Assembly (NCBI GenBank): GCA_951406725.2
Contig: OX597820.1
Coordinates: 12,028,001 to 12,092,000 of the forward strand
Origin: Octopus vulgaris
Taxonomy: Eukaryota
DNA: 64,000 bases
Direction of reading: 5' to 3'
A program made the position numbers and the translations under genes. Below, in pieces: positions 14,079-28,206 of this stretch (position 1 is its first letter; every line of letters begins with the position of its first letter). Below the pieces are notes generated by a model. That model made no database searches. It was not told the origin of the DNA and saw only the letters and a list, made by a program, of their open reading frames with translations.

Positions 14079-14565
14079 TTCATTCCTTTATTACCGTTCT
14101 TATTATTTTATTATTTTAACTTATGTCCCTTGTCCAGAAATCTGTGTGTGTGTTGGCCCACGTAGTTGCTGTTGTTGTTACTGTCATCGTTGGCACCGCC
14201 GCTGTTAGTTGTGTAGTTGACATCGTTATAGATGTCCATGAATTTTCATGTGTGTTTACGTTTGTGTGTGTGTGTATGGATTCGCCATACCCTCCCCACA
14301 TATGAAACTTCATGGACGGCCATAACGATGTCAACAACACAACTAACACGGTCAGCAGCAGACGCAGTGCCAGTGATGGCGATAACAACAACTGACACGA
14401 TGGCAACACCGTGGGTGAACACGCATACACAGAGGAATACAGGAATTGTACCAGTTTTTTTCTCGGGTCTTAGGACAGCAGCAGTACAATGGGATGAGAG
14501 GATGGGGCTGAGGAGAAGGCCACACTGTTGCTAAAAACTACGACACACACACACATACACACACA

Positions 14566-14620
<55 letters not shown>

Positions 14621-14844
14621 AGGATGCAAACGCATGCACACATAAGGATACACATCTTAGAAGAACAGAATGAAGTAAGTGTAGCAAGAACACACACGGA
14701 AACAAAAAGTGTCGCTGAAGAGGTCACAGATGTGTGACAAAAGATTTCAGGACAATAGGCGAAAGTAAAAATAATAAAATAAGAACAGTAATAAACGAGC
14801 GAATTAAAAAAAATAGAGTGCGTATGTTTATTTGGCAAAATGAA

Positions 14845-14876
<32 letters not shown>

Positions 14877-14914
14877 ATAAGAAAAAAAATGACCATCCCG
14901 AAATACGACAATAT
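13954..14914. mobile_element. Nested foldback structure, probable PLE remnant
   Basis: Outer IR ATATTGTTGTATTTCGGGATGGTCATTTT / AAAATGACCATCCCGAAATACGACAATAT; second IR at about 14087-14140 / 14743-14794; inner IR at about 14143-14253 / 14297-14432; damaged hammerhead CTGAAGA-GGTCACAGATGTGTGAC at 14715. Confidence 0.7.
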
Positions 14915-15521
14915 CTGTTTCAACACACGATTTAACATCAGGAATCTTGCGAAACGAATTGATAGACGTGTATATATATGAGTTTATACCTCATTTGGTG
15001 CTCGGCTATCGAAAAACAGTGTGAAAATGCAAGAAATGCAATGGTGGAGAGTATGTATAAACACTGATCAGATGAGAAAAGTAAACTGACATTTGTTGAC
15101 AGCTGTTTCGTAATCTTTGTGAGATACATAACCAGATATTGAACATAAATTCAACGTTCACCAGTACTTTAATGTCTTGTAGTAATAATCGTGAAAATTA
15201 ACCGCGTGAAATCCCGTCAACCATCATGAATTAACAGAAGCTATACAAAAATATGCCGGATTCTAAGATTGGTTAAATTTTTTACAAGCAAAGAAGAAGA
15301 TAATAATGATGAATGCTTATTTAAGATCAAATCAAATTTCATAACCCCAGTGGAAAAAAAAAACATCTTCACTCTTGCTAATTTCTCTCTAATAGGTAGC
15401 TTGGAAAATGAAATTTAATCAAAAGTGAAATGTAGGCCATGAAAAAATATTAGAGGAAAATCAGACAATTATTATTAAGAAGGCAGGTAAAAGACGGAGT
15501 TTTTGTGATTCTTAAGTGGCA

Positions 15522-15790
15522 CGACAACGAGGGTTCTATCAACTGAACAGTCTGTTTGCATGAATTTAATGGGCAAGAGGCTGAGCATTCCACAGACACG
15601 TGTACCCTTAACATAGTTCTCAGGGGATCCAGCGTGATGCCAGAATGTGACAGGGATGGTCCTTTGAATTACAGGTAAAACTCATTTTTGCCAGGTGAGT
15701 GGACTGGAGCAACATGAAATAAAATGTCTTGTTGAAGGACTCACCGCGCCGCTGGGAATCGAACTCACGGTTTTACGATCGTAAGTTGAA
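15522..15790 (-). mobile_element. tRNA-derived SINE family C' (diverged)
   Basis: Reverse complement matches 18651-18960 (GCTCCAGTCCACTCA..TTAAGGGTACACGTGTCTGTGGAATGCTCAGCC). Confidence 0.8.
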
Positions 15791-16610
15791 TAAAACTTTA
15801 TAAAAACCGCTTTTTTTTTGTTTCAAAACATTTAATACACATCGCTATTTCGGCTTCAATTCTTTTCACTCAACACATACAAAACACATACCGTATTTTC
15901 AAGCTTGCAAAATATGTACTGCATTCGAAAACGAAAAAACTAAAAACGAATGCTCGAAAAAGTTGCCGAGATTCTTTAATTCCCCAGAGGTGACCGCTCC
16001 CACTAATAGAGTAAGGAATTGAAATGCCAGATAAATGCAGATACAAACAGCTCCGTCAACACACACTCAAAAAAGGAAAACATTTGAAAAAGATATGATA
16101 CATTTTCTTATAAGCCATAACTTAGAATATGAAGATATGTTTAATGTAGCAAGCACAAATCTACCAATCCCTGCACAGATTCCACAACTACAACAGCTAA
16201 ACAACACGAAAGCCATAATTCAAAGCAAGACAGAGGAAAAAGTTAAAACGGTTATTGACCCGGGTGAAATTTGACTAAGATGAGAGTAGAAAAATGATTT
16301 AAACTATACGTAATGACAGTCGGTGCAGCACTTATCAGTATCAATATTCATACCGGTAGTGAATTAGAGACAAAATTCAGTACCACCATATATCGAAAGG
16401 CATCAGGTAAACAACGCCATCGTACTATCAGGAAGAAGGGTTTACTTTTACATTTTATATTGAAAGCTTCCAACTTTCAATTTGAAAAACTTTACTGTCG
16501 ATGAATAACGTAACTGATATGAATTGTTAACTCAAAAATCTAATATAAGCCATTGAATGCAGCGACTGCAAAATTATTTTTAAGGACAAATCGGAAAGAG
16601 TGTGGATGCA

Positions 16611-16993
16611 TCTCTCTATATATAAACGGCAGTTTGTCTGTCTGCGTGTCTGTGTGTCTGTTAGGTTGTACCCTCACCCTGACCACGGCTTTCAACCGAT
16701 TCTGATGAAACTTGACACACACATAGCCCAATGTCATAATTCAAAACTAACGCAGCGAAAATTTTGAAAAGTTCCCCCAGTTCTGAAAAAAATCGATAAA
16801 TTCGACATAGGGTCGAGAATCAGAAACACAAACCACAGACTGTCTAGGGGACGCAACTTGACCTTTTTAACTCTCAAAAAAATTTACCATAATTTTTTTT
16901 CCATTTTTTTGCTATTTTTTGGCTATAACTCTCTAAAAATGCTTTATAGTTATTTCCCTTACAAACCCGAGCAACGCCGGGCGATACTGTTAG
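16611..16993 (+). mobile_element. Non-autonomous Helitron
   Basis: A|TCTCTCTATATATAAA start; 3' hairpin CCCGAGCAACGCCGGG then CGATACTGTTAG|T (CTAG variant). Confidence 0.85.
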
Positions 16994-17314
16994 TAGGAAA
17001 TATATGACAACAATAAATAACGATTACATTAAGCGAACATGTGGACAACAACCGTGGGGGAACCTTTAAGCATATTTCCTTTTTTTCTTTTTGCATTCTA
17101 AATGAAAGTGAGCATAGTTAAGTTATTCATTGGCTGTAACAGACTTTCAAATTGAAAACGGGACGATTTGTAGATTCACCAGTTGAAACAATAAATTGTA
17201 CCTACTACAAGATATGAAAGTATTAAGGAATTATGAGCGTATGTCGAAAATTCAGTTTTATTAGAACTTTTAATGACACACGCACACAGAAACATAAACG
17301 CACATTGTATTTAG

Positions 17315-17576
<262 letters not shown>

Positions 17577-17615
17577 ATAAGAGTAGATCGTATACGAGTG
17601 GGTATATATTTGTAA

Positions 17616-18502
17616 AAAAGAAGTTTGAAAACGCCACTATATTAGATAAATTTTAATTTTCTTATGAATTTTACATGTTTCGGTTCTTGAAAAAACGAAC
17701 CTTATCAAAAATATTATAAAAAGTGTAATAGAAAAGTTCATAATCGTTTCTTACTGGTCTCAATAGAATCCATGTTCTTGGAAAAACGAACCTTATCAAA
17801 AATATTATAAAAAATGCAATAGAAAAGTTCATAATCGTTTCTTACTGTTCTCAATAGAATCCATGTGGTGGTGTTTTGTCGGTAGTTGGTATAATTGTTA
17901 ACCCCAACCACCACCAAGGTTGCCAAAATTATGACCAACAGTAACTACTGCTAGGACAGCCACAAGTTACTACTACTACGACCAAAAATCTCTACTGTTG
18001 CTACCACTGGAACACAAGGTAACACAAAAGCGGTTCCTTTTGATACCAGCAAGAAACAATAATGAATTTCTTCATTACACTCAACTGTAATATAACAATT
18101 ATACCAACTACCGACAAAACACTTTTTATAATATTTTTGATAAGATTCGTTTTTTCAAGAACATGGATTCTATTGAGACCAGTAAGAAACGATTATGAAC
18201 TTTTCTATTACAATTTTTATAATATTTTTGATAAGGTTCGTTTTTCCAAGAACATGGATTCTATTGAGAACAGTAAGAAACGATTATGAACTTTTCTATT
18301 ACAATTTTTATAATATTTTTGATAAGGTTCGTTTTTCCAAGAACATGGATTCTATTGAGACCAGTAAGAAACGATTATGAACTTTTCTATTACACTTTTT
18401 ATAATATTTTTGATAAGGTTCGTTTTTTCAAGAACCGAAACATGTAAAATTCATAAGAAAATTAAAATTTATCTAATATAGTGGCGTTTTCAAACTTCTT
18501 TT
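17616..18502. mobile_element. PLE-like inverted structure with internal 91-bp tandem repeats
   Basis: Left arm 17616-17865 is the reverse complement of about 18250-18502; 91-bp period at 18123/18214/18305/18396; extra 30-bp IR at 17871-17900 / 18093-18122; flanked by (TA)n. Confidence 0.8.
18396..18459 (+). ncRNA. Minimal type I hammerhead ribozyme-like motif, U3:A8 variant (mirror copy 17659-17722, minus)
   Basis: AUUU-UUGAUAA-GGUUC(10 nt)GAACC-GAAA-CAUGUA-AAAU; palindromic stem III ACAUGU; GUA cleavage triplet. Confidence 0.62.
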
Positions 18503-18503
18503 C

Positions 18504-18647
<144 letters not shown>

Positions 18648-18650
18648 CAT

Positions 18651-18960
18651 GAGGGCGCGTGGCTTAGTGGTTAGGGCATTCGGCTCATGATCGTAAGGTT
18701 GTGATTTCGATTCCCGGCGACGCGTTGAGCAAGACACTTTATTTCACGTTGCTCCAGTCCACTCAGCTGGCAAAAATGAGTTGTACCTGTATTTCAAAGG
18801 GTCAGCCTTGTCACTCTCTGTGTCACGCTGATTATCCCCGAGAACTACGTTAAGGGTACACGTGTCTGTGGAATGCTCAGCCATTTGCACGTTAATTTCA
18901 CGAGCAAGCTGTTCCGTTGATCGTATCAGCTGGGACCCTCGTCGTCGTAACCGGCGGAGT
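18651..18960 (+). mobile_element. tRNA-derived SINE family C'
   Basis: A box TGGCTTAGTGG, B-box-like TTTCGATTCCC; 3' half shared with family C, ending CTCGTCGTCGTAACCGGCGGAGT. Confidence 0.88.
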
Positions 18961-18978
18961 CTTTAATATAAACATATA

Positions 18979-19330
18979 GTGGAGGCACAATGGCCCAGTG
19001 GTTAGGGGAGCGACTCGCGGTCGTAGGATCGCGGTTTCGATTCCCAGACCGGGCCTTGTGAGTGTTTATTGACCGAAAACACCTAAAGCTCCACTAGGCT
19101 CTGGCAGGGGGGGGGTGATGGCGAACCCTGCTGTACTCTTTCATCACAGCTTTCTCTCACTCTTCCTGTTTCTGTTGTATTTCAAAGGGGCCAGCCTTGT
19201 TACTCTCTGTGTCACGCTGAATCTTCCCGATTCTGTGAAGTGCTCAGCCACTTGCACGTTAATTTCACGAGCAGGCTGTTCCGTTGTTCGGATCAACTGG
19301 AAACTTCGTCGTCGTGACCGACGGAGTGCT

Positions 19331-19333
<3 letters not shown>
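18979..19333 (+). mobile_element. tRNA(Arg)-like SINE family C
   Basis: GGAGGCACAATGGCCCAGTGGTTAGGG..GGTTTCGATTCCC head; matches the copies at 22200 and 28207. Confidence 0.88.
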
Positions 19334-19366
<33 letters not shown>

Positions 19367-19759
19367 ATAATTAAGATAAAGTCATTAAGGATTTATCAGT
19401 AGCCGAAGTAAAAAGAAAAAAAAACATATGGGTTAAATTGATAAGTATAATTATAAAAATTATGATAAATGGCGCCTGAGGGACAACGCCTGTACGCTAG
19501 AAATAGACGTGAGACGGCTACAAACCACTTAAGTTATTATTCTGTTTAACACAAGGCTGTATGCGAGGAAAATGGACAGAAAGGATTTATAAAAATATTA
19601 TGGACAACCCTATATCTTAAGATTTCATGCTTTGCAATATTAAAATTACTTTACAGTCTTTAGTAGAGTACACCATCCATAATTAAATGAGAAATACATA
19701 TACATACCCAAAGGTATACAGTCGTACAAATACGAATATATACATGCATTTCACATATT

Positions 19760-20146
19760 CTTTTATTCTTTTATTCTTTTACTTGTTTCAGTCATTTGAC
19801 TGTGGTCATGCTGGAGCACCGCCTTTAGTCGAGCAAATCGACCCCAGCACTTATTCTTTATAAGCCTAGTACTTATTCTATCGGTCTCTTTCGCCGAACC
19901 GCTAAGTTATGTGGACGTAAACACACCAACATCAGTTGTCAAGCGATGGTGAGGGGACAAACACAGACACACACATATATAGACACACACACACACACAC
20001 ACATATACGACGGGCTTCTTCCAGTTTACATCTACGTTTACATTATAGTAGACGACACCCACCCAAGGTGCCACGCATTGGGACTGAACCCGGAACCATC
20101 TGGTTGGTAAGCAAGCTACTTACCACCCAGCCACTCCTGCGCCTAT
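19760..20146 (-). mobile_element. SINE family B
   Basis: Reverse complement of 4742-5156 with an internal deletion. Confidence 0.88.
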
Positions 20147-20552
20147 AAAAATAACAAAAATTTATACGAAATACAAAAAACCCCGTCGTCCATTTCAACC
20201 ATCTGCATATTTATTCAGAATAATTCAGCACCAAACGTGTTTGTGGAGTGAATGAATATGTATTTATACATAATTAGGATAAATTCATTAATTAATGATT
20301 CATCAGTGGACAGCGTACAAAATTAAAAAAAAATATAGGTTAAATTAATATTTAAAGCATAATTATAAAAATAATTATAATAAAGGACGTTGGAAGCACG
20401 GCGCCTGTGCGCTAGAAATAGACGTCAAACGACTACAAGCCACTTAAGTTATTACTCCTCCAGCGCCCTTGATTATAATTATATTTTTATAATTATACTT
20501 TTATATATATATATATATATATATACACAATACTTACATATATATATATATG

Positions 20553-20606
<54 letters not shown>

Positions 20607-20708
20607 CATACTTACATATATATGTATGTGCTATTAAGTTCAGGTGGTGCTATTAAGTTAGATATGGCCTGGACCAGTCTTTGGTCGAAACATATCTAAG
20701 TTTATCTA

Positions 20709-20768
<60 letters not shown>

Positions 20769-21232
20769 CTTACACATACGTACAATCATAAACAAGGGCA
20801 AAAGAAACAAAGTTTTCTCTGCCAATATGCTGAGAATAGACTGTAAATCGTCAATCACCACATTACAATATACATTCACTATGAATACGCGTCCTGCTGA
20901 AATCGAGGAAGGCAACTTAACAGAATTTTTTAAAAATTCGTTATCTCTATATTGAATCAATTTCGGGATTAATCCGACGGATTTTCCCCCCTCTTCAATA
21001 GAGAATACGATAGGAAATAAATGAAAAACTTGCAAGCATCCATGGGAAAAAGTAGGAGCAAGAGTCGTGTGTACACATAAGTACCCTACTTATATCTAAA
21101 TGTAAAATCCTTTTGCAAACCTCAGCACACGTGTGACCGGTCACAAACCAAAACCGTGAGTGGTTACCAGTCCCGAAGTGTATGGTAAAATTTTTTATCC
21201 CATATTTGAAGTAAATGACATATATATATATA

Positions 21233-21288
<56 letters not shown>

Positions 21289-21337
21289 TATATATATGCA
21301 CATATATATGCATATATATATGCATATATATATATGC

Positions 21338-21369
<32 letters not shown>

Positions 21370-21468
21370 GTATATACATGTATATATATATATATATATG
21401 CATGTATATATGATTATATATATGTGTGTATTTATATGCATGTATCCATATTTATTCATATATGTAAA

Positions 21469-21516
<48 letters not shown>

Positions 21517-22199
21517 CAGATACATATAGACACATACAAAATGAACACAAAATACAAATTTTTGACAGAGGATTCCGTTTCTAGAGAATGAAAAATGAAT
21601 GAAAGAAGATCAAGTTGATCAAGACACACACTTGCGCATCTGCACTCAGCACATCTTAATTCATAAAATAAATAACAAGCATTCATTACGAAAGTGCTCA
21701 ATGAATAAATGAAATAAATTAGATTATAGTTATGACAGCGTCTGCATAAAAAGTGGAACGGAAATTGAAGATAGTCAAATCTATATTTTGAAGTAGATAT
21801 ATGTATAAAATCTGCAATGTTTACGTATGCATACCGTGTGTTTCGCAGTGGAGCATTCTTGAATGGAGATAACAGGATTGAAACGCTTTTCTATCCAAAG
21901 ATGCTTATCACAAGGAAAAGCTATTAATGTATGGAGTTTATAATCTTACAATTTACATTTAAATTTAGATATGTTATAGATAAAAACAACTCTTTCATAT
22001 ATTATTCACGTAAAAAAAAAAAGAACAACAACGATTTCTTACAGTTTTTTAAAGGCAACTAATATTTAATGCATATGGCGCGTCAGAGGATTGATAAAAC
22101 ATTCAGTGGATTGGGATGTTTAAACTATTTATCATAGTATATACAGTTCAGCCTTGTCATACATATTTGCATATATAAAAGCAATCATTCATGCTGTTT

Positions 22200-22589
22200 G
22201 GAAGCACTCCGTCGGTTACGACGACGAGGGTTCCGGTTGATCCGAATCAACGGAACAGCCTGCTCGTGAAATTAACGTGTAAGTGGCTGAGCACTCCACA
22301 GACACGTGTACCCTTAACTTAGTTCTCGGGGATATTCAGCGTGACACAGAGAGTGACAAGGCCGGCCCTTTGAAATACAGGTACAACAGAAACAGGAAGT
22401 AAGAGTGAGAGTGAGAGAAAGTTGTGGTGAAAGAGTACAGCAGGGATCACCACCACCCCCTGCCGGAGCCTCGTGGAGCTTTAGGTGTTTTCGCTCAATA
22501 AACACTCACAACGCCCGGTCTGGGAATCGAAACCGCGATCCTACGACCGCGAGTCCGCTGCCCTAACCACTGGGCCATTGCGCCTCCAC
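22200..22589 (-). mobile_element. SINE family C, full length
   Basis: Complete head to tail; 11-bp TSD TCATGCTGTTT at 22189 and 22590. Confidence 0.92.
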
Positions 22590-22689
22590 TCATGCTGTTT
22601 ACGTTATATGCGAACCTACACACGCACACACACACATCATATGTGCCAGCGGACTGGACTGAACTGAAATCATTTAATATATATGATTA

Positions 22690-22892
22690 CACTTTGGCAC
22701 ATGGCTAGCAGTTTCGGGAGAGGGGCTAAGTCGACGACATCGACCCCAGTGATAAAGTGGTACTTCTTTTATTGACCCTGAAAGGCCGAAAGGAAAATTC
22801 GATCCCAGCAGAATTTGAACTCTGGACGTAAGGACGGACGGAACGCCTCTAAACAGTTTGCCTGACGTGCTAACGAATTAGCCCGTTCGCCT
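22690..22892 (-). mobile_element. Diverged SINE family A with the alternative tail
   Basis: GTCGAC..CATCGACCCCAGT..GAATTTGAACTC..GCTAACG blocks; tail reads CCATGTGCCAAAGT. Confidence 0.75.
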
Positions 22893-22894
22893 TA

Positions 22895-23200
22895 TCTATT
22901 ATATAAAATCCGTTCTGTCTGTCTGTCTGTCTGTCTTCTAGGATCTCGGGCATCCTCCATCCGATTGTACTCAAATTTGATATGTAGATACCGACGGTAT
23001 CAGAGCGTGTATAAGTCTTTAAAAAATTACAAAAATCGATTCCAGGTGAGAATGCGATCGATAAAGTGAATAAAATCGTTTTTCTTTAGAATAGAAAAAA
23101 GTATATCTTTATTTCTTCTTTTGCTGGTGTCTCAAATTTAGGTTAAATCAGTGTTTCTCCATGGGGAGGCCTATGGGACGGTTATGAGAAAATTTGGCTT
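22895..23200 (+). mobile_element. 5' part of a non-autonomous Helitron (3' end missing)
   Basis: A|TCTATTATATAAAA..(TCTG)n..CATCCGATT..TCAAATTTG, organised like the other Helitron 5' ends; the right boundary is approximate. Confidence 0.55.
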
Positions 23201-23225
23201 AAATGTTTGACAACTCAGCACTGTC

Positions 23226-23625
23226 AATTGGCTGCAGGTACTTTTTCCAGGTGTAGACACTTCAACAGCCATGAATGAGGGATAGAGTCGAATGCCTTCT
23301 TATAGTCAAGCCATACTGTCACAAGGTTTCTACGCCGTTTTCTTACTTCAGACAGTACAACTTTGTTTATTAAAAGTTGTTCGGCACATCCCCACACACT
23401 CTTCATTTCACCAGCCTGTTAATCAGTCACAATGTTGTTCGACTCACAATGGTCCTGGAGGAATTGGATGAGGCAACTTGTGTACAGTTTGTACATAATG
23501 TTTAGGCCTGCAATGGGCCTAAATAGTTTCCTGCCATCTCGGTCTGACCTTCCACAGTCCTTTTGAACATACATATCAACAGGTTTCTATAAAATGTCAG
23601 CTTCTTGTACCAATATCCAACTATT
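23226..23625 (-). pseudogene. R4/Dong-clade non-LTR reverse transcriptase fragment
   Basis: IVGYWYKKL..FRPIAGLNIMYKLYTSC..QAG..GCAEQLLINK..WLDYKKAFDSIPHSWL with a stop and an internal deletion; 5' junction at (CATA)n. Confidence 0.88.
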
Positions 23626-23671
23626 ATGTATGTATGTATGTATGTATGTATGTATGTATGTATGTATGTGT

Positions 23672-24003
23672 GAAGGCGCATGGCTCATAGGTTAGATCGT
23701 AGAGCTTACGATCGTGAGGTTGTGAGTTCGATTCCCGGACCAGGCTGTGTGTTGTGTTCTTGAGCAAGACACTTTATTTCACACAGCTCTAGTTCACTCA
23801 GCTGCAGAAATGAGTTGCAATATCACTGGTGTCGAGCTCTATCGGCCTTTGCCTTCCTCTTGCATAACATCAGTGGCGTAAAGAGCGGAGGCTGGTATGC
23901 ATGGTCTCCCATAAACACTCTTGCCCGGCGTTGTCCCTTGGAGGGGAAATTTCTAGGTGCAATCCCATGGTCATTCATGACCGAAGGGGCCCTTTACCCT
24001 TTA
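23672..24003 (+). mobile_element. tRNA-derived SINE (C'-like head, different tail)
   Basis: GAAGGCGCATGGCTCA..GAGTTCGATTCCC..TTGAGCAAGACACTTTATTTCAC; tail CATGACCGAAGGGGCCCTTTACCCTTTA. Confidence 0.8.
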
Positions 24004-24854
24004 TCCCATCAGTATTATATTAACTTTGGCGTATCATAGGATCCGATCATGTATTCCACACTCTCCTTTCTCCACATCAATATTGTTACATTTAAAACTC
24101 ATTCAAATGATTATGACACCATCCTTCAACCCATAATGACCTTTCACATAATCTACTCACCTTAAATCGTATATGCACTACATGAAAAATGTCCTCCCAA
24201 TAAAAGACTCTATAGCAAGTGGACGTGACAACCTAAATGTTTGCCTCAGTAGCACCAAAATCTAATCATTCAAAGAAACATGATACTTTTCTCACTTTGT
24301 GTATCTCTGAAATTCTGACAACTAGATCCTCCGTAAACTTTGGAAATTTAAAGCACCAGAATCTCTGGTCGTGCCCATAACAGCAACATATTTATAACAT
24401 AGCTAAAATATCGTTTCAAAAACTACTTTTTCCTTTTCGAATAAGAATCCATTTGACATATATACAGTTTCTAACTATTATACAATGAATAAATATACCG
24501 CACATATCTATACCGAGCGGTACAGTTCTAAATATACAACTAAGAATACAAATATTTCAGATCCATGACATTCACCGCAGTCTGGAGCGTTATAAACAGC
24601 ACAGCTAAGTTAAGTTGAATCTGCTAATTAATATTCATTACAAAGGCTGAATTTGTTATTAATAGCTAATATATATATGCAGCCCGTCAGTTTTTCTTGA
24701 CATCACTGTTGTTTTGCTAGTATTATTCTATGTAGGTTTGAGTGATTTTCTATTTGACATTGGGCTGGCTTGCTGCCGCTGATAATCCGCAATACGGTGA
24801 ATTCACATGACGCAGAAAGTACCATCCACCGGTGCTGGCGAAATTTAGTCGACC

Positions 24855-25330
24855 GCAGCCAATGGCATTATAAACAACATACCCAGGTTAGGTCGGTGGT
24901 GCTAATTCGTATCCGAAAATATCCACTCAGCTAACTGGCAAAGTATTACTACAGCTCCTAGCTAGCATACTGGTGTGTTGTAGCGCATCTCTGGCTCTTT
25001 TATCATTATTACAACGTTTTCCTGTTCAACTGCACTGATTCACTCGTTTCTCCGCTTCTCGCCGTTTCTATAATCTCCCATTATTAGCCTTTCTGCCTAT
25101 AAATACAGTCATTCAGAGTGTCTATCGTGCATACTGATTTTCTTTACTGATATCAACTTTGAAACAAATTAATGTTGTAGAAATTTAACTTTAATGTCAA
25201 CGACTTAAACGCCAGGCACTGTTTCTTCTTCTTGGATTAAAATGTACCAAAGCAAATTCTAGTTACAGATGAAGGTTCTCAAAAAGTCGACAACGTAGGC
25301 GCGATATTCACCATTTCCAAAAGTATGTAA
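24855..25330 (+). promoter_or_regulatory. Possible Pol II promoter and first non-coding exon
   Basis: Repeat-free island with AGCCAATG (about 24858), CTATAAATA (about 25097) and donor-like A|GTATGT (about 25323). Motif evidence only. Confidence 0.2.
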
Positions 25331-26299
25331 TTGAGAAATTTCTAAGAGATAATAGTAAGCTCTTGTATAAATTACAGAAAAGTAGCGGAAGACTTGACTT
25401 TCTCTTAAAATATATATTTTCTATAAATGTACATTAGACAGATTGCAACAGATAAAGATTTATATAATGTCTATAACATTGACAGTCTACACGACAATCA
25501 AAAGCAACGAGAAACAGTGTGTTGCTCAAGAACACAGCCTGGCCCGGGAATCGAACTAACCACTGAGCTGTGCCTTCACTAGTGGGGTAGAGTCGTAAAA
25601 TTTCTATCTTAAAAAATACCAAAATTTCTATCTTAGAAAATGCCAAAATTTCTAACTTAAAAAAGACTACAGGCAAACAATTTGCTAAGTGTGTGCTAAA
25701 CATATTTGAAGCTTTGTTTATGCTAACATTGGTTTATTCGAAATGTTAGTGTTAGGGAAACTAAAGAGGCATGAAAGAAGAGATTTAGTCTTCAGTAGAT
25801 CTGACTCTGTCAGAACAATCGGAGATTGGTAGAAACTATACAAGTGGTCTCTCAGAATAGAAAGAGATACAAAATGGTGATAAAGTGAACATTTATGACT
25901 GTCTCTGTCACTTTTGAAAGTCTGGGAAACAATAACGCTATTTGTGTTGTTGTCAAGGAAAGAAATGTTTCGCTTTTCGCGGATGGGATATATTGTCACA
26001 CGCTTTTATAGGTTGGTAATATATACTTGGAGAAAGAAAAACATTGACTCGCTTAGCAAAAATAAATGATTCGAAACACACTGTTTAGAAGAAACACTGC
26101 TTGGAGTGATCATCTTGGTTGGCTGGTAACGTTTCCTTCTTCAATAACTTCAAAAGGTGAGGTGTTTAGAGTGAGAAATGGTTGATAAGGAAGGAATTTC
26201 TTGTATGTATTTTGGGTACGTTTGACTAGCTATTCAAGTGGCAGTTTTCATTATTATCTATATCATATCAATGTGTATTAAGTTAGGCTTTTGGGTTAC

Positions 26300-27706
<1,407 letters not shown>

Positions 27707-27708
27707 AG

Positions 27709-27868
27709 TCTGTGATACACGATTCCTTTTGATTGCCTTTTTTTTCCCGATCCCTTTTGATCGGAATTTTACATTTTTTTCCTTTTTCTTTTTCCGTCTT
27801 CGAAAAGAAAAGCTCTACATTTGTATTTGTCTCCTCTGTGTTCAGCCCTGTGTGGCCTATAAAGAAAG
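27709..27868 (+). mobile_element. Second Tx1-like 3' end fragment
   Basis: TCTGTGATACACGAT..AAAGAAAAGCTCTAC..CAGCCCTGTGTGGCCTATAAAGAAA within a TATC/TGTC tract. Confidence 0.85.
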
Positions 27869-28206
27869 TCATCTATCAGTCTGTCTGTCAATCTATCTTT
27901 CTGTCTGTTTGTCTATCTGCCTGTTTGTATGTCTGCCTGTTTTGCTAAGCGAGGGCCGACGGCGTATATCATATCGACGATAGCCGTCTCGCTGTTGGTG
28001 ACCGGGAGGGGTTAGTTTCACGTGTAGTAGAGTTTAGTTTTTAACTCAACACACGTGTGTATCCCGTAACCTGTAGCTACTTCTGTTTCAAGATTTCACG
28101 AATAACATTCAATTATTTAAACACACCGAACTTCAGCAATTTACTATCTAAATTAGAAAATCCGTAGTTATGTCTCAAGTCTCTATGTTTCTCTCCCCCC
28201 CCCCCA

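Noticed and set aside
15900-16504. Possible ancient Helitron helicase remnant (ORFs 16035 and 16313)
   Set aside because: Only a vague resemblance; no intact Walker A motif.
18651-19060. tRNA genes at SINE heads (also 41100 and 45120)
   Set aside because: Cloverleaf pairing is imperfect and each continues into a multi-copy body; these are tRNA-derived SINEs.
24040-26200. Possible very old LINE remnants (24040-24420, 25760-26200; also 1080-1380, 20780-21200, 59440-60460)
   Set aside because: Motif hints are too decayed to call without a profile search.
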